Origin: Squalus acanthias
Lineage: Eukaryota
Direction of reading: 5' to 3'
Assembly: GCA_030390025.1 (NCBI GenBank)
Contig: CM059433.1
Coordinates: 98,642,001 to 98,706,000 of the forward strand
Length of the DNA: 64,000 nucleotides
The translations under genes and the position numbers were made by a program. The notes beneath the pieces are model-generated. The model was not told the DNA's origin. It worked only from the letters and a program-made list of their open reading frames with translations, and did not search any database. Below, piece after piece: positions 1-13,079 of this stretch. Position 1 is the stretch's first letter; each line of letters begins with the position of its first letter.

Positions 1-3000
1 AAGAAGCCCACGAGCTCCTCACTTGTTATTGCAAGTGAGGGTGGAGTAGACAGGGGAGGGGGTTTAAGAAGATAATTTGCAGTAAAGAAAAGAAGCCGGG
101 GGTTATCTTTGCATTCCAGAATGATCCTGGAATAGTGAGCAGTTTTGGCAGACAAGAACCGGGCCCGATGATCCTTTGTGGTCCAACCAGATCTGGCGGG
201 GAATGGCTAAACCAGTTGTCCACTATATCCGTTCAAGTCTCCTGATGGCCTACATCCTAGGGTTCTAAAAGAGGTGCTGCAGAGATAGTGGCTGCATTGG
301 TTTTGATCTTCCAAAATTCCCTAGATTCTAGAATGGTCCCAGCGGATTGGAAGGTAGCAAATGCAAATATTTAAGAAAGGAAGGAGAGAGAAAACCGGGA
401 ACTACAGGTCAGTTAGCCTGACATCAGTCGTTGGTAAAATGATGGAATCCATTGTTAAGGAAGTGGTATCAGGGCACTTAAATCATTACATGATTAGGCA
501 GAGTTTACATGGTTTTATGAAAGGGAAATAGTGTTTGACAAATTTATTAGTGTTTTGAGGATCTAACTAGCAGGGTAGCTGAAGGGGAACCAGTGGATGT
601 AGTATATTTGGATTTCCAAAAGGCATTTCGATAAGGTGCCACATAAAAGGTTATTACTCAAGCTAAGAGCTCATGGGGTTGGGAGTAATGTAGTAGAGGA
701 TTGGTTAACAGACAGAAAACAGAGAGTAGGGATAAACGGATCTTTTTCAGGTTAGCAGGCTGTAACTAGTGGGGTGCCGCAAGGATCGGTGTTGGGGCCT
801 CAGCTATTTACAATCTATATTAATGACCTAGATGAAGGGACCGAGTGTAATGTATCCACGTTTGCTGATGATACATAGCTAGGTGGAACAGTAAGCTGTG
901 AGGAGAACGCAGAGTCTGCAAAGGGATATAGATAGACCAAGTGAGTGGGCAGTAAGGTGTCAGATGGAGTATAATGTAGGGAAATGTGAGGTTATTCACT
1001 TTGGTGGTAAGAATAGAAAAACAGGATATCTTCAAATGGTGAGAAACTTTTCAATGTTGGTGTTCCAGAGAGATTTGGGTGTCCTTGTGCAAGAAACACC
1101 GAAAGCTAGCATGCCGGTACAGCAAGCAGTAAGGAAGGCAAATGGCATGTTGGCCTTTATTGCAAGGGGGTTGGAGTATATGAGTAAGGAAGTCTTGCTA
1201 CAATTGTACAGGGCCTTGGTGAAACCACACCTGGAGTACTGTGCACAGTTTTGGTCTCCTTATCTAAGGAAGGATATACTTGCCTTGAAGGTGGTGCAAC
1301 GAAGGTTCACTAGATTGATTCCTGGGATGAGAGGGCTGTCCTATGATGAGAGATTGTGTAGAATGGGCTTATACTCTCTGGAGTTTAGAAGAATGAGAGG
1401 TGATCTCATTGAAACATACAAGATTCTGAAGGGGATTGACAAGGTAGATTCTGAGAGGTTGTTTCCCCTGTCTGGAGTGTCTAGACAAGGGGGCATAGTC
1501 TCAGGATAAGGGGTAGGCCATTTAAGACTGAGATGAGGAGGAATTTCTTCACTCCGAGGATTGTGAATCTTTGGAATTCTCTGCCCCAGAGGGCTATGGA
1601 TGCTGAGTCTTTGAGTATATTCAAGGCTGAGGTCGATAAATTTTTGGACTCTAGGGGAATCAAGAGATATGGAGATCGGGTGGGAAAGTGGAGTTGGGGT
1701 CGATCAACCATGATCTTATTGAATGGCGGAGCAGGCTCGAGGAGCCATATGGGCTGCTCCTATTTCTTATGTTCTTAAGTCTGCGTCCCTTGGACTTAAG
1801 CGAGCGAAGGCAAGGGCCGTACTTGGGGAATAGCCAGGGTCGGAGAGGAATGGTTTTAATGGGGACTAAGGCATCAAACGTGGTGGTGAAGATGTGGTTG
1901 ATCAGATCAGTAGCTGCAGAAATGTGGTGAATGGACGGCTAAAGGCTGGACAGTTGGGATTTCATAAGTGCCATTGTAACAGAGTTGGGAGAGTTTTTTT
2001 TCAGGGGAGGACCCAGAAGGAAGTAGGGTTGTGGAGGGGGCGGGGAGAAGGGGGATGCAGGTGGAGAGCGATACAAGGAAATGGTCAGAGATGGCCTTAT
2101 CTGTGATTAACACGATGGGAGTAGCGAGGCCATGAGAGATGGCAAGATCAATGGAGTGGTCGTGAATGAGTTGGGAGTTTATGTGGATGGAGAGATTAAG
2201 GGAGGATAGAAGGGTAGTGAACTCAGAGGAGAGAGAGCATGATGAATTGAGATGGAGGTTGACATCGCCGAGGATGAGAAGTCGTTGAGTGCTGAGGGAG
2301 GAAAGCAATGAAGATATCTCTAATATTTTTATAGTACTTGAGTGGGCAGTAGAGAACGAGAATTTTAAATGAGGCGAGAGGGATGGAACAAGGTCAGATG
2401 CTCAAAGGAGGAGAAAGTGCCAGCAGAGTAGGGGGACAGACCAAGGTGTGATTTGGTGACGAGAGCCACGGCGGTCTGAGCGGGATAAGTGGTGGAAGGT
2501 ATAGCCAGGCGGGGAGGCTTCATTTAGGGTTAAGATGTCATCACCCCTCAACCAGGTTTCCGTCAAGGCCATGATGTCGATGCAATCATCCACGATAAAC
2601 TAATGGATGGCAAGGGCCTTGTTCGGAAGTGAACCGACATTCTGGAGGGAGATGCGGAGAGGGTCGATGATGGCTGATCCACTGCCAGAGTCCACAGGGT
2701 TAGCTTTGGGAGGGATGAGTTAGACGGGGAGGAGATTACCAAGATTAGCTTCCAGCGGGCGCGCTGGGCGGGAAGGTCGGCGAGAGAGTCGGATGGAACA
2801 GTTGGGGTTGCTGCTCCTGTGGAGGCAGCGACGAGTGCCTCGATGGACCCTTCGGAGGATGCTAAGAGAGGCACAGAGCGAAGTTGTAGGCTTATCTAAG
2901 AGGGAGTCAAGTCTGGGACGGCGGCAGGAGAGTAGGATGGTCGAAGAGTAATGAAGGGTTGGGGTAGGGATTTGGGAGGGCAGAGTACCCGAGAGAGGAG

Positions 3001-3130
3001 AAATGAAAGGAGGCATGATGCAGGAGAGAGTGGTCAAGGAGGGGTAGAGAGAAAAGAAAAAGGGGGAGAAAAAAGTGGGAATAGAAGTGATCGACTCGGG
3101 TCCGGTGTGGCAGCCAAAGTGCGCACGTGA
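1..3130 (-). mobile_element. L2-clade LINE fragment (APE endonuclease and adjacent ORF2), split by a CR1 insertion at 241-1776
   Basis: Minus-strand peptides DIMALTETW, LGDVNLHL, DLAISHG..SDHFLV (1907-2593) and LRSLKSKGRRL|ERI*WTTGLA...AKTAHYSRIILECKDNPRLLF, which reads continuously across the CR1 insertion. The right boundary is approximate. Confidence 0.8.
235..1776 (+). mobile_element. 5'-truncated CR1 (HER1-type) LINE, RT region plus 3' tail, degraded
   Basis: [71 protein letters not shown]; 3' hairpin and TTCTTATG tail; several frameshifts. Confidence 0.95.
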
Positions 3131-5453
3131 ATGGACACAGGGAAAAGCTCAGGTTACATAGGCTTGGTTATGTAGCAATTATTGGGATACATATTTCCTG
3201 GTAGTAACAAGGAATAGATGGGATACAATAGGAGGGAGTCCAGAGTTAAAGTCAGAGGTCCCATGGGGTGGAGTCGGCATGGAGCATCGACGAACTGTTG
3301 TCCAAGTTCAGAGACAGGTGTAGCGGGTGAGTGAAATCCAGAAGCTATTTGAAGGGTAGAGAATTGGAAGATGGAGGTTATTTCCATGGGAATGAGGAGC
3401 CAGGCGATGTGCAGAATTGGTTGCGGAACCGAAAAATGATGGCGAAGTTGGAGGTCCTCGTAGATCAGAAGGTTATCTCGTTCAGTTAAATACTTTCCAC
3501 GAATATGTCTTCTTGCATTTGATTTTCTCCTCATCCACCTCCTCTCCTTGGCCAGCAATATGAAACCCATTTCTAGATCTCTTCACTACTAAAGTACCTC
3601 CCCGTATAATATGTTTGTCATTAAAACTGACGATTATCAGTTGTAGTTATTGAACACCTGATCAAGCAAGTATCTGGTGAGTCTGGCATTGAATTGCATC
3701 TCATTCTGACTGCAAGAATATGGATAAAAATATTGGTTAATAGTTGCTAAACGATAGTTGAAAAGTATGCAGACTGTGTATGAACAAGCATATATGATAA
3801 GGAAGTTACTGTGGCAGTGTCAACATTGCACGAATCTGAACTGATCTGTTGCTGATCTAAAATTTTTCTTAATTTTTTTTTTCTCATTCTATTAAAAAAT
3901 ACTTATTTGGCCCGGAATTTGTGGTAGGTACTGACAGCAAACTAACAGCGTTTGCCGTCATTACCCCTCTGAAACTGACCGCAACTTCAGGATTTAGCGC
4001 ATGCACATCTAACGCAGAAATCCTGAAGTTACGGTCAGTCATTCACTGCTCCGACTCTGGCTGTGTTGTGGGAAAAAAAAAAGTAGATAAACTTAATTTC
4101 AAACTGAGAATAACTTGCCCACGCTCACTGAGCTTTTTGAATTTAGCGTTGAGCACCTATTAAACTGTCATTCACTAATGTTTTCTTTGGGACAATTAAG
4201 GGTATTAATTTCCTGATGGACACTACATAGAGATCACTTAATTCAGGTGACTTAAAGAAAGCTGAGGTCAATTTTAGTAATATTAACATATTTTCTGCCA
4301 TCCAGTGGCCACCATGGTGCCTTGCTGTGCAGATACCAGGATGTCTGTTTAGCAGGCGGCTCTAGAAGGAGAAGTGCATGTGAAAACCCAACCAGCAGAA
4401 GGAAATGCCTAAAATATGAGGTAAATGAGAAGGTTTGAGGATTCCAAGGTTTGGCAATAGTTCAACAATTAAATTGTAACCTTTAGACTAGACCATAGCA
4501 AGCATCTAAATATTTCACAGCCAAGCCATAGTCTGTATATAATTTGCCTATCCCACTCCACTCGTAGTTTGCACAAGAAAATGCTGTGAACTCCAGAATA
4601 GGCCCCACATTCAATCACTGATATTGCACAATTAAGAAGTTTTACCAGTTCACTAGCAGAACTAAGCAACCACACATTGGTGGAAACAATTATTTTGTTC
4701 TCGAGAGTGATTCTGAAGTATTTGTAGTAATTGTGAAGCCTTGAACTACGGTATAGTCTCGCACTCCTTGAACGCACATAGGCACGCACACACACAGAGA
4801 CACTCCTCGCCTGAAGTGGGCATGTGGCCCTTTGCCTATGCTGATGCCTGTTTGAGACCCCCTTCCTGCAATTGGGCTGTCCTGAGTGCAGCCGGCACCA
4901 GGCCTGCTGTGTTCAGGATAACCATGTCTACATGCAGCCGGCTCCCCAGAAGTCCCAACCATGATTGTGGACGCCCATTTGATGTCCGCAGCTCACCAGC
5001 AATATGCCGATGCCCAATTTCAGGTGAGCCTCGGGCCTCCGGCTTCTGCCGCACTCCCAGAGCGCCACCTATTTCAGACTCTCAAAATGCTCCAAAATGA
5101 ATTTCCACCCCAACATTTTTAATTCTCTGCTTGGCATCCTTCCTGTCTTCTGCTTTGAGCCTGTTTTAACTTCTAAGTGTAAGGATGCACCTTCAGTACC
5201 TTTTGCACGTTATGTGCCATTTTATTTCCTTTTTAAGCAGGTTAGTTTGCTACAGCGCAGTGGGCATGTAGCTGGGTGTGAAAATGCAGTGTACTTGTGT
5301 CAGTTATTTTTGTACATTCAAAAGCCTCTTCAGATGTTTGAGATTCGTTCACACAAATGCTTCCTGCATTCATGGTTTGTGGAAGTCACAAGGCTTTGTT
5401 TCCAAAGGGAGATGATCCCATATTGACTTTAGTTGATTTCCTTATGTTTACAG

Positions 5454-5616
5454 TCCGTCTGGTTGCACTTTCTGGGGCAAAAAACCCTGGAGCCGGAAGA
5501 AGAAGATTCTTTGGCAAGTGGGCATGTTGGTTGGTGCTCCAGTTGGAATTACGTTGATTGCTGGCATTGCTGTTCCAGTTATGATGGTTGGGCTCCCCAT
5601 CTATGTAGGCCGAAAG
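5454..5616 (+). CDS. RNF19A: RNF19A-like RBR E3 ubiquitin ligase, internal exon (end of RING2 region plus first TM helix)
   Basis: tttacag|...|gtaag; encodes [54 protein letters not shown], a hallmark RNF19A/B motif. Paralog identity is uncertain; the sequence is closer to RNF19A by eye. Confidence 0.93.
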
Positions 5617-6495
5617 GTAAGCAGAACATCAAATTAAGTAAACCCGGGGCCTTTATCCGTGCCCTTTAGACTTGGCAAAATTTCTGTAAGATTATATTGG
5701 AGTACCTTCCTTTTGCTTTGGTGGGATGGCAGTCTTGCATTTCACTCTGGACTTGCGACTGCTGCCACAGTGGGGAGAAAGCATCAATGTCTTTGCTGCA
5801 TTTGTTTTACTGCTGATGGCAAAATAGAAGGAGCGAGGGAAACCTGCAAATTTTGATAGCAGCATACTCTTTGTCTCTTTCTCATCCCTACACTGCCTCC
5901 CTCCCCTCCCACATCCACTCCAAGTAGAAAATAGGCTCCCACAAAGCTGGAATTCTACCACTTCCCCTCCACCTCCCCTCATTGAGAATCATTTGGGCCA
6001 TTTGTCTGGTTCTCTCCCTGCCCATTCAGCAGCTTCGCCTCTTACTCCAACTGAGTAGCATTTCAGCATGAAATAGAAACAAAACAATGCTGGAAACACT
6101 CAGCAGGTGAGGCAGCATCTGTGGAGAGTGAAACCTAGAGTTAACAATAATTGTGTTCCTTTTCTCCCAGATCTCATTTTGTCCTTCATTTACCATTATT
6201 CTTTAAAGCAGCTTTCTGATTTTCTACATGTAGTTTGTTTCTTGTACTTCCTATGCAGCACAGCTAGCTAGTTCCTGATGTGCTTAATGTACTTGATTGT
6301 AGTAATCTAATTTCACTAAAAGGATTCCAGTGTACCTGTTCTGTTCTCTTAAATGGGGTGTTACCAGTCTGATTTTATAAGGGACTTCATAATTATTATG
6401 TGGTACTTTGCTCAGAGTAAATTTGAAACAATGTGAATTTCTTAAGATCATTTAAAACTAATATAATTAAAGTTCATTCTTGAACTTTTTTACAG

Positions 6496-6610
6496 ATTTA
6501 CAGCCGTTGTGAAAGTAATAAGATATCAAAACATAGACGGAGACTTGCTGTAGCTGGAGGAGTGGTTCTGTCCATTATTGTGTCTCCTGTGTTAGCTGCA
6601 GTGACAGTCG
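6496..6610 (+). CDS. RNF19A: RNF19A-like exon (second TM region)
   Basis: ttttttacag|...|gtaag; [38 protein letters not shown](G); phase is compatible with the flanking exons. Confidence 0.92.
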
Positions 6611-6936
6611 GTAAGGTTAAACTTCAGGACAATAATATTGCATTAGTTCTTCAACTAGATTCATTGGCAGGTGATGGGAGATAGATTTTGCTTTTTTTTA
6701 AATGAGGAAAAATGTTATGAGGATCCTTATCTTGAATACTTGGTGATACACGCGCATAAAACCTCCTCCTCAGATTGCCATGCACCCAATTGCATCGCAA
6801 GTAACATCAGTGAAAGGTTTTGCCCTACTTTATTTAAATAAGTTGTCTGTCCATGTATATCACTGTTAACAGGCTTACTTGTTGAAGTTACTTCTTGCAG
6901 CAAAATATTTCAATTAATTTTTGTATTCATTTTAAG

Positions 6937-7071
6937 GTATTGGGGTACCTATAATGCTTGCATATGTTTACGGTGTTGTCCCAGTGTCACTATGTCGCAG
7001 CGATTGGTGTGGAGTTACGACTGGAAATGGAAAAGGAGTAAAGATTGAAATAGATGAAGATGCTGCTTCTG
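6937..7071 (+). CDS. RNF19A: RNF19A-like exon
   Basis: ttttaag|...|gtaagt; [45 protein letters not shown]. Confidence 0.93.
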
Positions 7072-7940
7072 GTAAGTGTGGCTAACATTTATTTAAGTAA
7101 AGTTGCCCAGTTAGTATTCTATATGCATTACAAGTATTTAGCTGCCTTACTTGGTAATAAATGCTGTCAGGTGTCAAAGGTGGCTGGAAAGCTATCACAA
7201 GTGGGAATCCTCGCACCTTGGCCATACTCATCGCCATAAGTAACTTCGGTGTTCTGCAACGTCTGTGTTGCTAATGATAGTATTGCAGGCTGCAGAAAAA
7301 AACTGTACCGTCTAAAAGCCATACAGAGAAGTGTACATCATGAGGATGGGCTACTCCATTCCATGCTCTACATAAAAGAAAGATAATCAACTTGTCAGGC
7401 CCAAAAAGGCAGTCCCTCTTTCACAGATCAACCTACCTACCATCTCGCCATATTGTTCAATCCCCTCTCTCCAGAAACCTCTAAATTATCTTTTGAATGC
7501 ATTTATATTTTCAATTCGGTTGCCTTCGCAGATAAATTATTCCACAAGTCTGTTGCCCTTCAGGTGGAGAAGTTCTGCCTGGCCCACCACCTTGTTCCCA
7601 AATTACGTGGTTACCAGTACTAAATAACTGTTGCATGAACTAGATGTCCTTGGGGTAATATTTGCTAAGGCAGTTTGGGAGGATTTAAACTAATATGGCA
7701 GGGGAATGGGAACCTATGTAGCGAAACAGGGGGAAGTAATATGCAGTCAGAAACAAATGTTAGAAGGGTGAGAAACAATAAGGGAAATCAGAGTAAACAA
7801 AGGCAAGAAACACAAAGGGCCATACTAAATCATAAGTCTAAAAGGACAAAGGGTGTTAATAAAACAAGCCTAAAGGCTCTGTGTCTTAATGCAAGGAGTA
7901 TCCGTAATAAGGTGGATGAATTGACTGTGCAAATTGATGT

Positions 7941-8266
7941 GAAACATAGAAACATAGAATCTAGGAGCAGGAGTAGGCCATTCGGCCCGTCGAGCCTGCT
8001 CCACCATTCAATACGATCATGGCTGATCATCCAAATCCAGTACCCTGTCCCTGCTTTTATCCCCACAGTACACATATCCCACCCTACCCCCGTAACCCCA
8101 CGTATTTCATTCCCCCTAACATATCCCATCCTATCCCCATAACCCCACATATTTAATCCCCCCCTAACACTAAGGGTCAATTTATCATAGCCAAATCAAC
8201 CTAACCCGCACATTTTTGGACTGTGGGAGGAAACCGGAGCACCCGGAGGAAACCCACGCAGACACG
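7941..8266 (-). mobile_element. 5'-truncated HE1-type V-SINE with a CR1-derived tail, inserted in CR1 ORF2
   Basis: V-domain GGACTGTGGGAGGAAACCGGAGCACCCGGAGGAAACCCACGCAGACACG (plus-strand reading), CR1 3' tail, and TSD GATGT at 7936-7940 and 8267-8271. Confidence 0.85.
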
Positions 8267-10993
8267 GATGTTAACGGATATGATGTGATTGGGATTACAG
8301 AGACGTGGCTCCAGAACAATCAAGGCTGGGAACTGAATATCCAGGGGTATTCAACATTCAGGAAGGATAGAATAAAAGGAAAAGGGGGTGGGGTAGCATT
8401 GCTGGTTAAAAAGGAGATTAATGCAATAGCTAGGAAGGACATTAGCTTGGAGGATGTGGAATCAATATGGGTTGAGCTGCAGAAAACATTAGTGGGGGTT
8501 GTGTACAGACCTCCAAACAGTAGTAGTGAGGTGGGGGAGGGTATGAAACAGGAAATCAGAGGTGCATGCAAAAAAGGCGCAGCAGTTATCATGGGTGACT
8601 TTAATATGCATATAGATTGGGCTACTCAAACTGGAAGCAATACGGTGGAGGAGGATTTTCTGGAGTGTTTAAGGGATGGTTTCCTAAACCAATATGTTGA
8701 GGAACCAACTAGAGGGGAGGCCATCCTGGACTGGGTGTTGTGTAATGAGGAAGGACTAATCAGCAATCTTGTGGTGCGAGGCCCCTTGGGGAAGAGTGAC
8801 CATAGTATGGTGGAGTTCTACATTAGGATGGAGAAGGAAACAGTTAATTCAGAGACCATGGTCCAGAACTTAAATAAGGGCAACTTTGAGGGTATGAGGC
8901 GTGAATTGGCGAGGTTAGATTGGCAAGCGATATTTAAGGGGTTGTCAGTGGAAGGGCAATGGCAGACATTTAGAGATCGCATGGATGAACTACAGCAATT
9001 GTACATCCCTGTCTGGCGTAAAAATAAAAAAGGGAAGGTGGCTCAACCATGGCTAACAAGGGAAATCAGGGATAGTATTAAAAGCAAGGAAGTGGCATAC
9101 AAATTGGCCAGAAGTAGCAGCAAACCCGGGGACTGGGAGAACTTTAAAACTCAGCAGAGGAGGACGAAGGGTTTGATTAGGGCAGGGAAAATAAAATATG
9201 AAAGGAAGCTTGCGGAGAACATTAAAACGGACTGCAAAAGCTTCTATAAATATGTAAAAAGAAAGAGGTTAGTAAAAACAAACGTAGGTCCCCTGCAGTC
9301 AGAAACAGGGGAAGTCATAATGGGGAACAAAGAAATGGCAGATCAATTGAACAAGTACTTTGGTTCGGTGTTTACTGTGGAGGACACAAACCACCTTCTG
9401 GAAATAAAAGAGATCAAAGGATCTGGTAAGAGGGAGGAGCTGAGGGAAATCCTTATCAGTCGGGAAAAGGTGTTGGGGAAATTGATGGGACTGAAGGCTG
9501 ATAAATCCCCAGGGCCTGATGGTCTGCATCCCAGAGTACTTAAGGAGGTGGCCTTGGAAATAGTGGATGCATTGACGATCATTTTCCAACATTCCTTAGA
9601 CTTTGGATCAGTTCCGAAGGAGTGGAGGGTGGCTAATGTAACCCCTCTTTTTAAAAAAGGAGGGAGGGAGAAAGCAGGGAATTATAGACCAGTCAGCCTG
9701 ACATCGGTGGTGGGTAAAATGATGGAATCAATTATTAAAGATGTCATAACAGACCATTTGGAAAGTGGCGACATGATAGGTCCAAGTCAGCATGGATTTG
9801 TGATAGGGAAATCATGCTTGACAAATCTTCTGGAATTTTTTGAGGATGTTTCCAATAGGGTGGACGGGGGGGAACCAGTAGATGTGGTGTATTTGGACTT
9901 TCAGAAGGCCTTCGACAAGGTCCCACACAAGAGATTGGTGTGCAAAGTTAAAGCACATGGGACTGGGGGTAATGTGTTGACGTGGATTGAGAACTGGTTG
10001 GCACACAGGAAACAAAGAGTAGGAGTAAATGGGTACTTTTCAGAATGGCAGGCAGTGACCAGCGGGGTACCGCAGGGTTCGGTGCTGGGGCCCCAGCTGT
10101 TTACATTATATATTAATGATTTGGACGAAGGGATTAATTGTAATATCTCCAAATTTGCGGATGACACTAAATTGGGAGGCAGTGTGAACAATGAGGAGGA
10201 TGCTAGGAGGCTACAGAGTGACTTGGACAGGTTGGGTGAATGGGCAAATGTATGGCAGATGAAGTACAATGTGGATAAATGTGAGGTTATCCACTTTGGT
10301 GGTAAAAATAGGGAGGCAGACTATTACCTGAATGGTGGCAGATTAGGGAAAGGGGAGGTGCAACGAGACCTGGGCGTCATGGTACATCAGTCACTGAAGG
10401 TGGGAAGGCAAGTGCAGCAGGCAGTCAAGAAAGCAAATGGCATGATGGCCTTCATAGCAAGGGGATTTGAGTACAGGAGTAGGGAGGTGATGCTACAGTT
10501 GTACAGGGCCTTGGTGAGGCCACACCTGGAGTATTGTGTGCAGTTTTGGTCTCCTAACTTGAGGAAGGACATTCTTGCTATTGAGGGAGTGCAACGAAGG
10601 TTCACTAGATTGATTCCTGGGATGGCCAGACTGACATATCAAGAAAGACTGGATCAACTGAACTTGTATCCTCTGGAGTTCAGAAGAATGAGGGGGGATC
10701 TTATAGAGACGTTTAAAATCCTGACTGGTTTAGACAAATTAGATGCGGGCAGAATGTTTCCAATGTTAGGGAAAACTAAAACCAGGGGTCACAGTCTAAG
10801 GATAAAGGGGAAGCCATTTAAGACTGAGATGAGGAGGAACTTCTTCACCCAGAGAGTGGTGAATCTGTGGAATTCTCTACCACAGAAGGTTGTTGAGGCC
10901 AGTTCGCTAAATATATTCAAAAGGGAGTTAGATATAATACTCATAACTAGGGGGATCAAGGGGTATGGCGAGAAAGCAGGAATGGGGTACTGA
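8216..10993 (+). CDS. CR1 ORF2 endonuclease/reverse transcriptase (first 17 codons of the computed ORF are SINE-derived; true N-terminus lies at about 7860-7940)
   Basis: 925-aa open frame with APE and RT motifs. Confidence 0.85.
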   Translation: MDCGRKPEHPEETHADTDVNGYDVIGITETWLQNNQGWELNIQGYSTFRKDRIKGKGGGVALLVKKEINAIARKDISLEDVESIWVELQKTLVGVVYRPPNSSSEVGEGMKQEIRGACKKGAAVIMGDFNMHIDWATQTGSNTVEEDFLECLRDGFLNQYVEEPTRGEAILDWVLCNEEGLISNLVVRGPLGKSDHSMVEFYIRMEKETVNSETMVQNLNKGNFEGMRRELARLDWQAIFKGLSVEGQWQTFRDRMDELQQLYIPVWRKNKKGKVAQPWLTREIRDSIKSKEVAYKLARSSSKPGDWENFKTQQRRTKGLIRAGKIKYERKLAENIKTDCKSFYKYVKRKRLVKTNVGPLQSETGEVIMGNKEMADQLNKYFGSVFTVEDTNHLLEIKEIKGSGKREELREILISREKVLGKLMGLKADKSPGPDGLHPRVLKEVALEIVDALTIIFQHSLDFGSVPKEWRVANVTPLFKKGGREKAGNYRPVSLTSVVGKMMESIIKDVITDHLESGDMIGPSQHGFVIGKSCLTNLLEFFEDVSNRVDGGEPVDVVYLDFQKAFDKVPHKRLVCKVKAHGTGGNVLTWIENWLAHRKQRVGVNGYFSEWQAVTSGVPQGSVLGPQLFTLYINDLDEGINCNISKFADDTKLGGSVNNEEDARRLQSDLDRLGEWANVWQMKYNVDKCEVIHFGGKNREADYYLNGGRLGKGEVQRDLGVMVHQSLKVGRQVQQAVKKANGMMAFIARGFEYRSREVMLQLYRALVRPHLEYCVQFWSPNLRKDILAIEGVQRRFTRLIPGMARLTYQERLDQLNLYPLEFRRMRGDLIETFKILTGLDKLDAGRMFPMLGKTKTRGHSLRIKGKPFKTEMRRNFFTQRVVNLWNSLPQKVVEASSLNIFKRELDIILITRGIKGYGEKAGMGY

Positions 10994-11740
10994 GGTAGCA
11001 TGTTCAGCCATGAACGCATTGAATGGCGGTGCAGGCTCGAAGGACCGAATGGTCTACTCCTGCACCTATTTTCTATGTTTCTATGTTTCTAGCTGCAGGA
11101 GACAGAAATAGCTGTGTACCTATCAAGTAAATCATCAAAATCAGTCAAATATTTCAAATCTTTCACCTCCCTTAGTCCTTTCTCTACTTGGGGATGCATT
11201 TTTATCGGCCAAGTGGAGAACAATGCTTCCTTTTAAACCCATCTCCTTTCCAAAGGAACTTTCAAGGTATACCTCTCTTCCATCAAAGTTCTACTTATGA
11301 GGGTAAAACAAACCACCAGCTGACTTCCACATGTAATGTGGACAAACTCCCATGGTCCCTCAACATTGCCCTGTCTGACAAAATCTTGCTTTGCCTGAAT
11401 ATATATTGGGACCTGATCCTCAGGGGACACTATTTGTCACTGCTCACTGATTCAAGAATGTCCCTTTTATCCCAACTTTTTGCTTCCTGTTTCCTACCTC
11501 CCAATCAGTTTCCTATGAATGCCATGAGTCTATCTTCAATTCCATGTGCTTCAATATTGGCTCCTTGTGCAGGACCTTGCCACCTCTGTCAATTGCTTCT
11601 GAAGAAGTTTATTTTGTCTTTGCCCTGGAACTGAGTCTTAAGCAACAGAAAATCCTATCTGGCCGATTGCTGCTAACTCAAAAGGAGGCAAATTGCTTCA
11701 GTTTATTATTGCCTATAAGTAAACATAAGCTGACTAGTGC

Positions 11741-11966
11741 AAAAGCAAAATACTGCGGATGCTGGAAATCTGAAATAAAAACAGAAAATGCTGGAAATAC
11801 TCAGCAGGTCAGGCAGCATCTGTGGAGAGAGAGAAACAGAGTTAACGTTTCAGGTCGATACTGACTATTTCCAGCGAAGGGTCATCGACCCGAAACGTTA
11901 ACTCTGTTTCTCTCTCTCCACAGATGCTGCCTGACCTGCTGAGTATTTCCAGCTTTTTCTGTTTTA
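11741..11966. mobile_element. Penelope pLTR-derived palindromic element
   Basis: Two inverted copies of the pLTR seen at 53130-53226; flanking direct repeat CTGACTAGT (11730-11738 and 11969-11977). Confidence 0.8.
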
Positions 11967-12639
11967 ATCTGACTAGTACTCCAGCTTGTGAAATAATGTG
12001 GGTGAGGTTGCCTTTGGGAAAATAAATTTGTGATTGCCACACAATTAAAAGGCGTCATGCAAGATAGAAATAAGACCTAGTAAACATCTCTCCACATCCC
12101 CACCTACTTTGGTGATGGAAATAATTAGCTTGGCCTACATGGTCTGACCATATGGTGTTTTCTGCCTATAAAACATCTGTCGGGAACACACAGTGCATAT
12201 CTACGTATTATTCTGGTATGAGCTATCTCAGTAAAATAATAGTTGTTAATCCAGTGGCATGATAACTCATTTATTCCAATTAAGGATATAAATTTCAGTT
12301 CATGGGAAGAGGCTCTGTAAACTGCTTTGTTACTGTGAGCACAATAAAATGTGTGGAGAAAGGGTGCTACAAATTCAGGCTATTTCCAACTTGAAACGTT
12401 ACCATTTATGTGCACTTTAACTGTACAGTGAAAGTATTTTGGGGCACTGTGGAGACCCTAGTAGTACTTCAGTTGACTTTGACTGGAAGAAATACCTATT
12501 TTTCATCTACATTGTTTCTTGTAGGTATTTTAAGGGATGTCCTGAAACGTCGGGTTTAGTATTGCAGCTGAGAAATATCAAATTTCATAACATTTTTCAG
12601 CTATTACAGGTATTAAATTAAACACATTTGGCTGATCTA

Positions 12640-13060
12640 CAGCTGGAAACACTGCAACGCCATGAAGTTGCACGTGTTCTTCAGGGCAGCATCGTGGCCC
12701 AACTATCCTCAACTGTCAGGAAGAGGGGCTGTTCACTGATGATTTCAGTGTTCAGTTCCATTCACAGCTCCTCTAATGAAGCAGCCTATGTCAGCCTACC
12801 AAAGGACCAGGCTTGGGCTGATAAATGATGGATAACATTCACACCACAAGTGCTGGGCAATAACCATCTTCAACAAAGAAAAGTTCAACCACCTCCCCCC
12901 TGACCTTCAATGGCAACATTGTCACTAAGTCCCACACAATCAACATTGTGGGGGTCACCATTGACCCAAAGCTTAACTAGACCAGCCGTATCAACACCGT
13001 GGTTACAAGAGCAGGGTAGAGGTGGGATACTCTATGACGTACGACTCACCTCCTGACCTT
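12640..13060 (+). mobile_element. Old fragment of the same LINE family as 47650-49928
   Basis: Colinear similarity to about 48950-49370 (cagggcag.., aatgaagcag, gaccagcc, acaagagcagg, actcacctcctgac). Confidence 0.65.
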
Positions 13061-13079
13061 AGAAAAGCATGTCTTCTTT

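Larger units (their letters stand above)
7636..11091 (+). mobile_element. Young CR1 LINE: end of ORF1, nearly intact ORF2 (APE+RT) and 3' tail, inside an RNF19 intron
   Basis: LNARSIRNK...[50 protein letters not shown]; no stop from 8267 to 10993; TTTCTATG tandem tail. Confidence 0.97.

Noticed and set aside
8216-8266. N-terminus MDCGRKPEHPEETHADT of the 925-aa ORF as a novel fusion domain
   Set aside because: It is the antisense V-SINE core read in frame from a TTG; not a real protein start.
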